Positions 17,284 to 25,312 of a stretch of 26,086 nt of DNA are shown here, piece after piece. The stretch's first letter is position 1. Each line of letters opens with the position of its first letter. The notes beneath the pieces are model-generated. The model searched no databases and had not been told where the DNA came from. It saw only the letters and a list, made by a program, of their open reading frames with translations. This stretch comes from Rhodospirillales bacterium. Lineage in GTDB: Bacteria > Pseudomonadota > Alphaproteobacteria > JAEULC01. The stretch covers positions 1-26,086 of the forward strand of contig JBQTIS010000124.1 in the NCBI GenBank assembly GCA_052387895.1, in the 5' to 3' direction. The position numbers were made by a program, and so were the translations under genes.

Positions 17284-18063
17284 TTATTGCCAAGTGTAAG
17301 CGTGCATGCCCAGATTTCCGTGGCTAAAGCCACTGAACAGTGCGGTTCCCCTGGGGTTCGCCGCCGCTCCCAGGGCGACGAACAAGGGCAGGAAATGCTC
17401 GTCGCGGGGATGGGCGCGGGCGCCCGAAGGCGCCTGCTCGCGATAGCCGGCCAGGCCTTCGGCGTCGCCTTGCGTCACCGCCCGGTCGAGCCACCGGCCG
17501 AAAGCGGCAGCCCAGGGTTCCGGCCCGTCGCCCTGGCCGAGCTCGCCCAGATTGTGGATCGCGCCGCCGCTGCCCAGCACCAGCACGCCGTCCTGGCGCA
17601 ACGCCGCCAGGGCCCGGCCCAGCTTCACATGGTGCCCCGGCCCCAGCTTCTGCTGGATCGAAAGCTGCAGCACCGGCACGTCGGCTTGGGGGTACATCAG
17701 CTTCATCGGCACCCACGCGCCGTGGTCGAGGCCGCGCGCGGGATCGACCGCGCAGCCCATGCCGGAAGCGGCCAGCAACTGCTTCACCCGCCGCGCCAGG
17801 TCAGGCGCGCCGGGGGCGGGATAGCGCATCGCGTAAAGCGGGCGGGGAAAGCCGTAGAAGTCGTGGATGGTCTCCGGCCACGCGGCCGCCGAGACCGCGG
17901 GGCCGTCGGTCTCCCAATGCGCCGAGACGCAGAGCACAGCCTTGGGGCGGCCCAGGCGCGGCCCCAGCGCGGCCAGGAAGTCGCAGGCCGGCCCTCCCTC
18001 CAGCACCAGGCTGGGCGCGCCGTGCGACACGAACACCGATGGGAACGCCTTGGCTTCGGCCAT
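17284..18063 (-). CDS. Class III extradiol dioxygenase (YgiD/DODA, LigB fold)
   Basis: FVSHGAP, VSAHWET, TIHDFYGFP, RGLDHGAWVP, GSGGAIHNL, AHPRDEHFLPL. Confidence 0.92.
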   Translation of the reverse strand: MAEAKAFPSVFVSHGAPSLVLEGGPACDFLAALGPRLGRPKAVLCVSAHWETDGPAVSAAAWPETIHDFYGFPRPLYAMRYPAPGAPDLARRVKQLLAASGMGCAVDPARGLDHGAWVPMKLMYPQADVPVLQLSIQQKLGPGHHVKLGRALAALRQDGVLVLGSGGAIHNLGELGQGDGPEPWAAAFGRWLDRAVTQGDAEGLAGYREQAPSGARAHPRDEHFLPLFVALGAAANPRGTALFSGFSHGNLGMHAYTWQ

Positions 18064-18135
18064 TGCGCGCGAAAGCTAGCATGGCGGCCCTGCGCCCGCT
18101 CCGCCTTGCCGGCATGGCCGCCCCGTGCCACGTCT

Positions 18136-18855
18136 ATGGCGATGCCCGCCCCGCGGCTCGACCACATCGACACCTGGGTGTTCGACCTGGACAACACCCT
18201 CTATCCCGCCGATTGCCGGCTGTGGGAGCAGGTCGACCGGCGCATCAACGAAATGTCGGCGCGCGTGCTGGGCCTGCCGCTCGACCAGGCGCGGCTGGTG
18301 CAGAAGGAATACCTGCGCAAGTACGGCACCACGCTGCGCGGCCTGATGGTCGAGCACAACGTGGACATGCACGCCTATCTCGACTACGTGCACGACCTGG
18401 ACCTGGCGCCGGTAGCGCCCAATCCGCGACTCGACGCCGCGCTCGACCGACTTCCCGGCCGCAAGCTGGTGTTCACCAACGGCACGCTCGCCCATGCCGA
18501 GCGGATCCTCGCCAAGCTGGAAATCGCCCGGCGGTTCGAGGACGTGTTCGACATCCACGCCGCCGACTACCTGCCCAAGCCCGAGCCTGCGGTGTACGAC
18601 ATGCTGGTGAGGCGCCACGCGATCGCTCCGCGCCGGGCCGCGCTGTTCGAGGACATGGCGCGCAACCTGAAGCCCGCATACGACCTCGGCATGACCACGG
18701 CCTGGGTCAAGGTGGACTGGGCATGGCTGCGCGGGGCCGCGAAGGCCGAGGAGAACTTCGACCACGTCCACCACGTCATCGACGACCTGACGGAGTGGCT
18801 TGCCGACGCCGTCCAAGCGCTGTCGGAGACCAAGGCCAAGGCCGCCGGAATTTGA
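18136..18855 (+). CDS. Pyrimidine 5'-nucleotidase (HAD family)
   Basis: WVFDLDNTLYP, KYGTTLRGL, VFTNG, LPKP, LFEDMARNL; start 18136 or 18142. Confidence 0.9.
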   Translation: MAMPAPRLDHIDTWVFDLDNTLYPADCRLWEQVDRRINEMSARVLGLPLDQARLVQKEYLRKYGTTLRGLMVEHNVDMHAYLDYVHDLDLAPVAPNPRLDAALDRLPGRKLVFTNGTLAHAERILAKLEIARRFEDVFDIHAADYLPKPEPAVYDMLVRRHAIAPRRAALFEDMARNLKPAYDLGMTTAWVKVDWAWLRGAAKAEENFDHVHHVIDDLTEWLADAVQALSETKAKAAGI

Positions 18856-18881
18856 CAGCCGCGCCGGGCCTGCCCCATTGT
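18852..18881 (+). promoter_or_regulatory. Possible sigma70 promoter of dapD-dapE
   Basis: TTGACA (18852-18857, overlapping upstream stop) - 18 nt - CATTGT. Confidence 0.45.
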
Positions 18882-18915
18882 CGCGGCCCTTCCCGGACAA
18901 GGATCGACAAGGCCC

Positions 18916-19797
18916 ATGCCCGACATGAGCGCAGGCGCCAACAGCCAGTCCCTGCAACGGACCATCGACGCGGCCTGGGAAAAGCGCGACGGCATCGGCC
19001 CCGCGACCGCCGGGCCGGTGCGCCAAGCGGTCGACGAGGCGCTCGGCGCGCTCGATTCCGGCCGCCTGCGCGTGGCCGAGAAGAAATCGGGCCAATGGCA
19101 GGTGAATCAGTGGCTGAAGAAGGCGGTGCTGCTGTCCTTCCGTCTCACCGACTCGGCGCCGATGGCCGGCGGCCCGGCGGGGCCGGGCAACGGCCCGGCG
19201 GCGAGCTGGTACGACAAGGTGCCGTCCAAGTTCGCGGGCTGGACCGCCGACCGGTTCAAGGCCGCGGGGTTCCGCGCCGTGCCCAACTGCACGGTGCGGC
19301 GCTCGGCCTTCATAGCGCCGAACGTGATCCTGATGCCGAGCTTCGTGAATGTCGGCGCCTATGTCGATAGCGGCACGATGATCGACACCTGGGCCACGGT
19401 CGGCTCTTGCGCGCAAATCGGCAAGAACTGCCACCTCTCCGGCGGGGTCGGCATCGGCGGGGTGCTCGAGCCGCTCCAGGCCGGCCCGGTGATCGTCGAG
19501 GACAACTGCTTCATCGGCGCGCGCTCGGAAGTGGTCGAGGGCGTGGTGGTCGAGGAGGGCTCGGTGCTGTCGATGGGCGTGTTCATCGGCGCGTCCACCA
19601 AGATCGTCGACCGCGCCGGCGGCCAAATTCTCTACGGCCGCGTGCCGGCCTATTCGGTGGTGGTGCCGGGCGCGCTGCCGGGCAGGCCCCTGCCCGACGG
19701 CTCGCCCGGCCCGTCGCTCTATTGCGCGGTGATCGTCAAGCGCGTGGACGCGCAGACCCGCGCCAAGACCGCGATCAACGAGCTGCTGCGTGACTGA
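18916..19797 (+). CDS. dapD: 2,3,4,5-tetrahydropyridine-2,6-dicarboxylate N-succinyltransferase
   Basis: [55 protein letters not shown]. Confidence 0.97.
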   Translation: MPDMSAGANSQSLQRTIDAAWEKRDGIGPATAGPVRQAVDEALGALDSGRLRVAEKKSGQWQVNQWLKKAVLLSFRLTDSAPMAGGPAGPGNGPAASWYDKVPSKFAGWTADRFKAAGFRAVPNCTVRRSAFIAPNVILMPSFVNVGAYVDSGTMIDTWATVGSCAQIGKNCHLSGGVGIGGVLEPLQAGPVIVEDNCFIGARSEVVEGVVVEEGSVLSMGVFIGASTKIVDRAGGQILYGRVPAYSVVVPGALPGRPLPDGSPGPSLYCAVIVKRVDAQTRAKTAINELLRD

Positions 19798-20959
19798 CGC
19801 GCGCGCGCCCGAAGACGCGCTGGCGCTGGCCCAGGCGCTGATCCGCTGCCCCAGCGTAACGCCCGCGGACGCCGGCGCGCTGGGCGTGCTGGAGGGGGCG
19901 CTGAAGCCGCTCGGCTTCGCCTGCCATCGGCTCGCGTTCGAATCGCCGGGCACGGCGCGGGTCGAAAATCTCTACGCGCGGCTCGGCGCCGCCGGCCGCA
20001 ATTTCTGCTTCGCCGGCCACACCGACGTGGTGCCGCCGGGCGACCTCGCGCGCTGGAGCGTCGATCCCTTCGCCGGCGCAGTCAAGGACGGCCAGCTCTG
20101 GGGCCGCGGCGCTTCCGACATGAAGGCGGCGATCGCCTGTTTCGTGTCGGCCTTGCGCGGTTTCCTTTCCGACCGCAGGGGCGGGTTCAACGGCTCGATC
20201 AGCCTCCTGATCACCGGCGACGAGGAAGGCCCTGCGGTCAACGGCACGGTCAAGGTGCTGGACTGGCTCAAAAGCCGCGGCGAAAAGCTGGACGCCTGCA
20301 TCGTCGGCGAGCCGACCAACCCCGGAAACGTGGGCGAGATGGCCAAGATCGGCCGGCGCGGCGCCATGACCGCGTACCTCACGGTCCACGGCGTGCAAGG
20401 GCACACCGCCTATCCCCAGCTCGCCGACAATCCGGTGCACCGACTCGTGCGCATGCTGGCGGCGCTGATCGACGAGCCGATCGACCGGGGCAACGCGCAT
20501 TTTGAACCCACCACCCTGCAAGTGGCCACGGCCGATGTCGGCAACCCGGCCTCGAACGTCATTCCCGGCGCCGCCCGGGCCACGGTCAATATCCGCTTCT
20601 CCAGCGAGCAAACCTCGAAAAGCGTCGCGGCTTGGCTCAAGCAGCGGCTCGACCGCGCCATCGGCGAAGACGGACGTTACGACATGAGGATCGAGGTCTC
20701 GGGCGAGAGTTTCCTGACGCCTCCCGGGGCGCTGAGCGGCCTGGTGTGCGAATCGGTCCAGCGCGTGACCGGCGGCCAGCCGCAACTCTCGACCACGGGC
20801 GGCACGTCCGACGCGCGCTTCATCAAGCATCACTGTCCGGTCTGCGAGTTCGGCATGGTCAACGCCACCGCCCACAAGTTCGACGAGCGCTGCTCGCTCG
20901 CCGACATGGCGCGGCTGGTCGGCATCTACCGCGCCATGCTCGACCGCTATTTCAACTAG
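19790..20959 (+). CDS. dapE: Succinyl-diaminopimelate desuccinylase
   Basis: [47 protein letters not shown]. Confidence 0.96.
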   Translation: MTDARAPEDALALAQALIRCPSVTPADAGALGVLEGALKPLGFACHRLAFESPGTARVENLYARLGAAGRNFCFAGHTDVVPPGDLARWSVDPFAGAVKDGQLWGRGASDMKAAIACFVSALRGFLSDRRGGFNGSISLLITGDEEGPAVNGTVKVLDWLKSRGEKLDACIVGEPTNPGNVGEMAKIGRRGAMTAYLTVHGVQGHTAYPQLADNPVHRLVRMLAALIDEPIDRGNAHFEPTTLQVATADVGNPASNVIPGAARATVNIRFSSEQTSKSVAAWLKQRLDRAIGEDGRYDMRIEVSGESFLTPPGALSGLVCESVQRVTGGQPQLSTTGGTSDARFIKHHCPVCEFGMVNATAHKFDERCSLADMARLVGIYRAMLDRYFN

Positions 20960-20966
20960 GGGCAAG

Positions 20967-21554
20967 GTGATTCCGGACGCCGGCCACGTCGCCGCCGCGC
21001 TCGCCGGCGCCTTTCGCCTGCTGCGCTTCGACTGGAGCGGGTTCCAGTTCTTCGACCGCACGATGGACGGGCTTTGGCGCTCGTTCTTTTGCGCCGTGCT
21101 GATCCTGCCGCTCTACGTGCTGCTGATCGCATTGCGCTTGGACGAGACCGAGCTCGCCAATCCCGCGCTCCGCATCCTCTTGGTCGAGGCCATCGCCTAT
21201 GTCATCGGCTGGACCGCGTTTCCGCTGATCATGGCGTTTCTCGCCAACGTACTCGACCGGGCCGAGCACTATCCCGGCTACATCGTCGCCTACAACTGGA
21301 GCGCGGCGCCGCAGGTCGTCCTCACGTTGGCCGTGGCGCTGCCGCGCGCCGCGGGGCTGCTGCCCGGCGCGCTGGAAACCGGCCTCGGCCTCGGCCTGAT
21401 GCTCTACCTGCTGGCGGTGCAGTGGTTCATCGCGCGCCGCGCGCTCGACCTTCATCCCGGCGCGGCGCTGGGCGTGGTGGTGGTGGATTTCCTGATCAGC
21501 GCTTTCGTCGCCGCGGTCACCGCGGCGATGCTGGCGCGGCCGGCCGGCGCGTAA
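20967..21554 (+). CDS. Hypothetical multi-pass membrane protein
   Basis: About five hydrophobic segments, GC3-rich codons, 7 nt after dapE stop. Confidence 0.75.
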   Translation: MIPDAGHVAAALAGAFRLLRFDWSGFQFFDRTMDGLWRSFFCAVLILPLYVLLIALRLDETELANPALRILLVEAIAYVIGWTAFPLIMAFLANVLDRAEHYPGYIVAYNWSAAPQVVLTLAVALPRAAGLLPGALETGLGLGLMLYLLAVQWFIARRALDLHPGAALGVVVVDFLISAFVAAVTAAMLARPAGA

Positions 21555-21578
21555 ATCCGCGCTGGACCGCCGCCGGGC

Positions 21579-21592
21579 TTGACACAGATCAT
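21579..21592 (+). promoter_or_regulatory. FNR/FixK-like box upstream of the CBS gene
   Basis: TTGAC-ACAG-ATCAT vs consensus TTGAT-N4-ATCAA (2 mismatches), 70 nt before ATG. Confidence 0.45.
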
Positions 21593-21662
21593 TGCAGGCT
21601 CGGCGCGCGCGCCCAAGACTACAAAAGGGGGAATAGGCTCGGTTGAATCATGGAGGCAGCCA

Positions 21663-22091
21663 ATGACGACCGTCAAGCAGCTGCTCGATCAGAAAGGCCA
21701 CGGAGTCCTTTCCATCGCGAAGGGCGCCACGGTCTATGACGCCATCAAAAAGATGGCGGACAACGACGTGGGCTCGTTGCTGGTGATGGACGGCGACAAG
21801 CTGGTCGGAATCCTCACCGAGCGGCACTACGCCCGGAATGTGTTTCTCAAGGGCAAGTCGTCGCCAACGACGCGGGTCGAGGAAATCATGCGGACGGCCG
21901 TGCTGTTCGCGCGGCCCGGGCAAACCGTCGAGGAATGCATGGCGGTGATGATGCGCAACCGCGTGCGCCATCTGCCGGTGCTGGACGACGGCGATCTCGT
22001 CGGCGTGGTGTCGATCGGCGACCTGGTGAACAGCCAGATCGCCGACCAGAAGTTCGTGATCGATCAGCTCGAGCACTACATTCGCAGCTGA
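21663..22091 (+). CDS. Stand-alone CBS-pair domain protein
   Basis: VGSLLVMDGDKLVGILTERHY, MRNRVRHLPVLDDGDLVGVVSIGDLV; GGAGG RBS. Confidence 0.92.
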   Translation: MTTVKQLLDQKGHGVLSIAKGATVYDAIKKMADNDVGSLLVMDGDKLVGILTERHYARNVFLKGKSSPTTRVEEIMRTAVLFARPGQTVEECMAVMMRNRVRHLPVLDDGDLVGVVSIGDLVNSQIADQKFVIDQLEHYIRS

Positions 22092-22185
22092 CCGCCGCCG
22101 CGCGGGCGATCGGCGGGCGCATCCCTGGGTCGGCCTCGGCCTGCTAATGCGAGGCGCGCCGGCGTCCGATGCGCGGGGGCCGGTG

Positions 22186-22776
22186 TCACTTGCTGTCGAT
22201 CTGCTTCCATGCCGCCTCCCAGTCTTTCGGCAGCTTGTGCGCGACGCCCTGGTGGCAGTCGATGCAGGTCTTGCCCTGCTGTTGCGCCTCGGCGTGCCGG
22301 CGCTTCGCCGGCCGTACCTGCTTTTCGGTGTCCATGGACTCGAACGCATGGCAGTTGCGGCATTCGCGCGAATCGGTCGACTTCATCGCTTTCCACACCG
22401 ACACCGCCAGGCCCAGCCGCGCGGCCTCGAACTTCTCGGGCGTGCCGACGGTGCCGGCGATCTTGTGGAACAGCTCGTTGGTCGCTTGCACCTTGCGCAC
22501 GACCTTGTGCACCCAATCCTTGGGCACATGGCAGTCGGAGCAGACCGCGCGCACGCCGGTGCGGTTGCTGAAATGCGCCGTGGACTTGATTTCGGCGTAC
22601 ACGTTGTCGCGCATCTCGTGGCACGAGATGCAGAAGGCTTCGGTGTTAGACAGCTCCATCGCCCAGTTGAAGCCGCCCCAGAACACGATACCGGCAAGGA
22701 ACGACACGAAAACAAATCCTGCCAGCAACAAGCCGCCGCGCGGCGCCAACAGCCAATTGCACATGCGCTTGAACAT
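22186..22776 (-). CDS. NapC/NirT-family tetraheme cytochrome c (quinol dehydrogenase)
   Basis: N-terminal TM helix, four CxxCH (CISCH, CSDCH, CRNCH, CIDCH), DSRECR and GVAHKLP; GGAAGGA upstream of ATG 22776. Confidence 0.93.
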   Translation of the reverse strand: MFKRMCNWLLAPRGGLLLAGFVFVSFLAGIVFWGGFNWAMELSNTEAFCISCHEMRDNVYAEIKSTAHFSNRTGVRAVCSDCHVPKDWVHKVVRKVQATNELFHKIAGTVGTPEKFEAARLGLAVSVWKAMKSTDSRECRNCHAFESMDTEKQVRPAKRRHAEAQQQGKTCIDCHQGVAHKLPKDWEAAWKQIDSK

Positions 22777-22910
22777 ATCGTCCATTCCTTCCCACAAATT
22801 ATGCCGCCTGGACGAAAGGCTTGGCCGCCGCCCGGGCTGTTCGCTCAGACGGCGACCGGGGCGCATCCGGCCGGCTCGTGAACCGGCCAGATGCTACCAC
22901 ACCGAAAGTT

Positions 22911-24227
22911 TCAGTTGAGTGTTATCGCCTTGATGTTGGCGTCCGCGCCGATCCCAAGGGTCAACGGGAACGACACGAAGTGGTACCTCGTGGTGACGTT
23001 GTCATCGTGCACTGCGAGGCCGATCGTGTACACGCCGCCCACCTTCATGATCTTGTCGTCCGCGGGGTTCCCGGTGTCAAGCTTGCGCCGCAACACCAGC
23101 GTGTAGGCGCCGTCCTTCCAGGTCCCCTTGGCATAGTCGTTGTCGGCGGCCGATCCCTTGGCATCGGCGCGGCTGATCAGCCGGCCGGGCAGCAGGTCGC
23201 CTTCCTTCCATCCGGCGTTCGGATCGAAGGGCGCGGCGTTCTCCTCGCGGACCACCGCCGCGGGCTTCGCGGCGTTGCCGATGTCATCGGCCCGCAGCGC
23301 CTTGAATCCCACCTTGGCGGCGTTGAACATGAACTTCGGCAGCTTGGTCTTGCCGTCCACGTTCGAAGAGAACGGGTTGGCGCCCGCGTCGAACAGGCGG
23401 AATTCCAGCACGTAGCCGTCGTCCGCCATGCCGACGGGGTTGCTGCGCGCCGTCCGCCACTGGATCAGGTCGAGGAACCGGCCGTCGGCCTTCAGCTTGG
23501 CGATCTCCGCGGCCGATTTCGGCTTGTCCCAGCTCGCCATCGGATCCGTGCGGGTCGAGGACAGGTATTTTAGGATTTCATCCCGCTTCATGCCCGCATC
23601 GCCGAAGAAGGGGTGCTTCTTTACGTCGTCCTTGCTCGCCGTCTTCGGCGCATCGCGCATGCCGTTGTGGCAAGTCAGCCAGCAACCCTGCTGCGCGAAC
23701 AGCGGCACCTTGCCGTCGTCCAGCATGATCGCGAGTCGGTCTTCATAGAGCGGCGGCTCGGCGCCCGAGCGAACCTTCTCCGAAGAGCGGTAGCTGCCGT
23801 AGGGTTTCCATTCCTTGCCGTCGAAGCGCAGGTAGTCGTGCATCCGCCCTTCGCGGTTCATCTGGGATTTCCACTGCATGCGAAGATAGACGTACTCCTT
23901 GTCGTGCGCCGCCTGGATCGCCAACGGCAGCGTGCCGTTCTTGCCGGCGATCGGCGCCGGTTCCAGCGGCCCGCCCTTGACCAGCTTGTTGCCGATGTCC
24001 GCCTCGTCGTTTTCGTGGCAGGACAAGCAGGCCTTTCCCTGCGCGACTTGCTTGTCGCCCTTCTTGTGGTCGGCGCTGAGCAGCCAATCGTAGGTCGACT
24101 GGCCGGGATAGAACAAAGTCACGGTCTTGGCCGGGACCTTCGACCAATCGATCGTCGCCGGGTCCGCGGCCAGCGCCGGCCCCGCGGCCAGCAGGGCCAA
24201 GCCCGCCAGGACGGCCGTTCCTTTCAT
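22911..24227 (-). CDS. NirB-like periplasmic diheme cytochrome c552 / EB_dh-domain protein
   Basis: Signal peptide (ALA-A); DWSKV..VTLFYPG, CLSCH, LEPAPIAGK, GCWLTCH, DLIQWR, AVHDD..RYHFVS recall Pseudomonas stutzeri NirB; AGAGGAGG RBS. Confidence 0.8.
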   Translation of the reverse strand: MKGTAVLAGLALLAAGPALAADPATIDWSKVPAKTVTLFYPGQSTYDWLLSADHKKGDKQVAQGKACLSCHENDEADIGNKLVKGGPLEPAPIAGKNGTLPLAIQAAHDKEYVYLRMQWKSQMNREGRMHDYLRFDGKEWKPYGSYRSSEKVRSGAEPPLYEDRLAIMLDDGKVPLFAQQGCWLTCHNGMRDAPKTASKDDVKKHPFFGDAGMKRDEILKYLSSTRTDPMASWDKPKSAAEIAKLKADGRFLDLIQWRTARSNPVGMADDGYVLEFRLFDAGANPFSSNVDGKTKLPKFMFNAAKVGFKALRADDIGNAAKPAAVVREENAAPFDPNAGWKEGDLLPGRLISRADAKGSAADNDYAKGTWKDGAYTLVLRRKLDTGNPADDKIMKVGGVYTIGLAVHDDNVTTRYHFVSFPLTLGIGADANIKAITLN

Positions 24228-24547
24228 TGCTGCCTCCTCTTGAAAACGAAAGCGCGCGCAAACGCGGCCTGTCCGCCGGGTTCCGACCGGGAAGCGGACG
24301 GGCAGACGGCGTCTCGCACGCAATAGGGCCGATAATGATGGGATGGGGCGCGGCGGATCGGAGCCGCGGACCGGTCGGGCGGCGCCGGGTAGAAACCGAG
24401 CGCCAACTCTAGCGCGGCCGATTCTCGCGCGCGGAGCGATGTCAAAGCCATCACAACTCCACCGATCTCGGCGCCAGGGTGCTGCCGCTGCTCGCCGCAT
24501 GAACGCGACTGTTCGAAATATTTACGGAGTTTGTTGCATCGCACGCC

Positions 24548-24561
24548 TTGATTTAGGTCAA
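24548..24561. promoter_or_regulatory. FNR-family binding site upstream of the cytochrome operon
   Basis: TTGAT-TTAG-GTCAA, one mismatch to TTGAT-N4-ATCAA. Confidence 0.65.
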
Positions 24562-24574
24562 GAATGTCAACCGG

Positions 24575-25312
24575 CTAATATCTCACTTCCACCAGGTAAA
24601 GCCCTTCTGGCGGAGCGGTGGGGCCGCCCTTGGTCCGGTCCTTCGCCGCCAAGGCCTTTTCCAGATCCGCCCGGCGCCACTTGCCGCGCCCAACCAGGGC
24701 CAGCGAGCCCACCATGTTGCGAACCTGGTGATGCAGGAACGAGCGCGCGCGGGCCGTGACCGCGATCAGCTCGCCCGAACGCGCGACCGAAAGCTCGTCC
24801 AAGGTCTTCACCGGCGACTTGGCCTGGCATTCGCTGGCGCGGAAGGTGGTGAAGTCGTGTCTGCCCACCAGCGCCCGCGCCGCGTCGGCCATCGCCGCGG
24901 CATCCAGCGCGTAAGCCACGTGCCAAGCATGGCCCAGCTCCACCGCCAGCGGCGCCCTGCGGTTGACGATGCGATAGCGATAGAGGCGTTCGCGGGCGGA
25001 GCTGCGGGCGTTGAAGTCCTTGTCCGCCTCTTCCGCCGCCAGCACGGCGACCGGCAGCGGCTTCAGATGGTGGTTGACGGCGTCGCGCACCGCGCGGGCG
25101 TTGGTCTTCTTCCCGATGTCGACATGCGCCACCTGGCCCAGGGCATGCACGCCCGCGTCGGTGCGGCCCGCGCCCCAGACCCGCGCGTGCTCGCCGCAGA
25201 ACTTCGCGATCGCCTGTTCCAGCGCCTGCTGCACCGACGGGCCGTTGTCCTGGCGCTGCCAGCCGACAAAGCCGCCGCCGTCGTATTCGACCGTCAGCTT
25301 CCAGCGCGTCAC
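24575..25312 (-). CDS. truA: tRNA pseudouridine(38-40) synthase
   Basis: EYDGGGFVGWQRQ, GAGRTDAGVHA, RHDFTTFRA, FLHHQVRNMVG, GPTAPPEGLYL; GTGA overlap with fmt. Confidence 0.97.
   Translation of the reverse strand: MTRWKLTVEYDGGGFVGWQRQDNGPSVQQALEQAIAKFCGEHARVWGAGRTDAGVHALGQVAHVDIGKKTNARAVRDAVNHHLKPLPVAVLAAEEADKDFNARSSARERLYRYRIVNRRAPLAVELGHAWHVAYALDAAAMADAARALVGRHDFTTFRASECQAKSPVKTLDELSVARSGELIAVTARARSFLHHQVRNMVGSLALVGRGKWRRADLEKALAAKDRTKGGPTAPPEGLYLVEVRY

Noticed and set aside
17196-17333. N-terminal extension of the Xre ORF as given in the ORF track
   Set aside because: Runs through the promoter/operator and overlaps the dioxygenase gene end; ATG 17195 has an RBS and fits the promoter
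24228-24500. 91-codon in-frame extension of the NirB-like ORF
   Set aside because: A clean signal peptide and strong AGGAGG RBS mark ATG 24227 as the start
24501-24514. GAAC-N6-GTTC as a LexA box
   Set aside because: Matches neither the alphaproteobacterial GTTC-N7-GTTC nor the Firmicutes GAAC-N4-GTTC spacing
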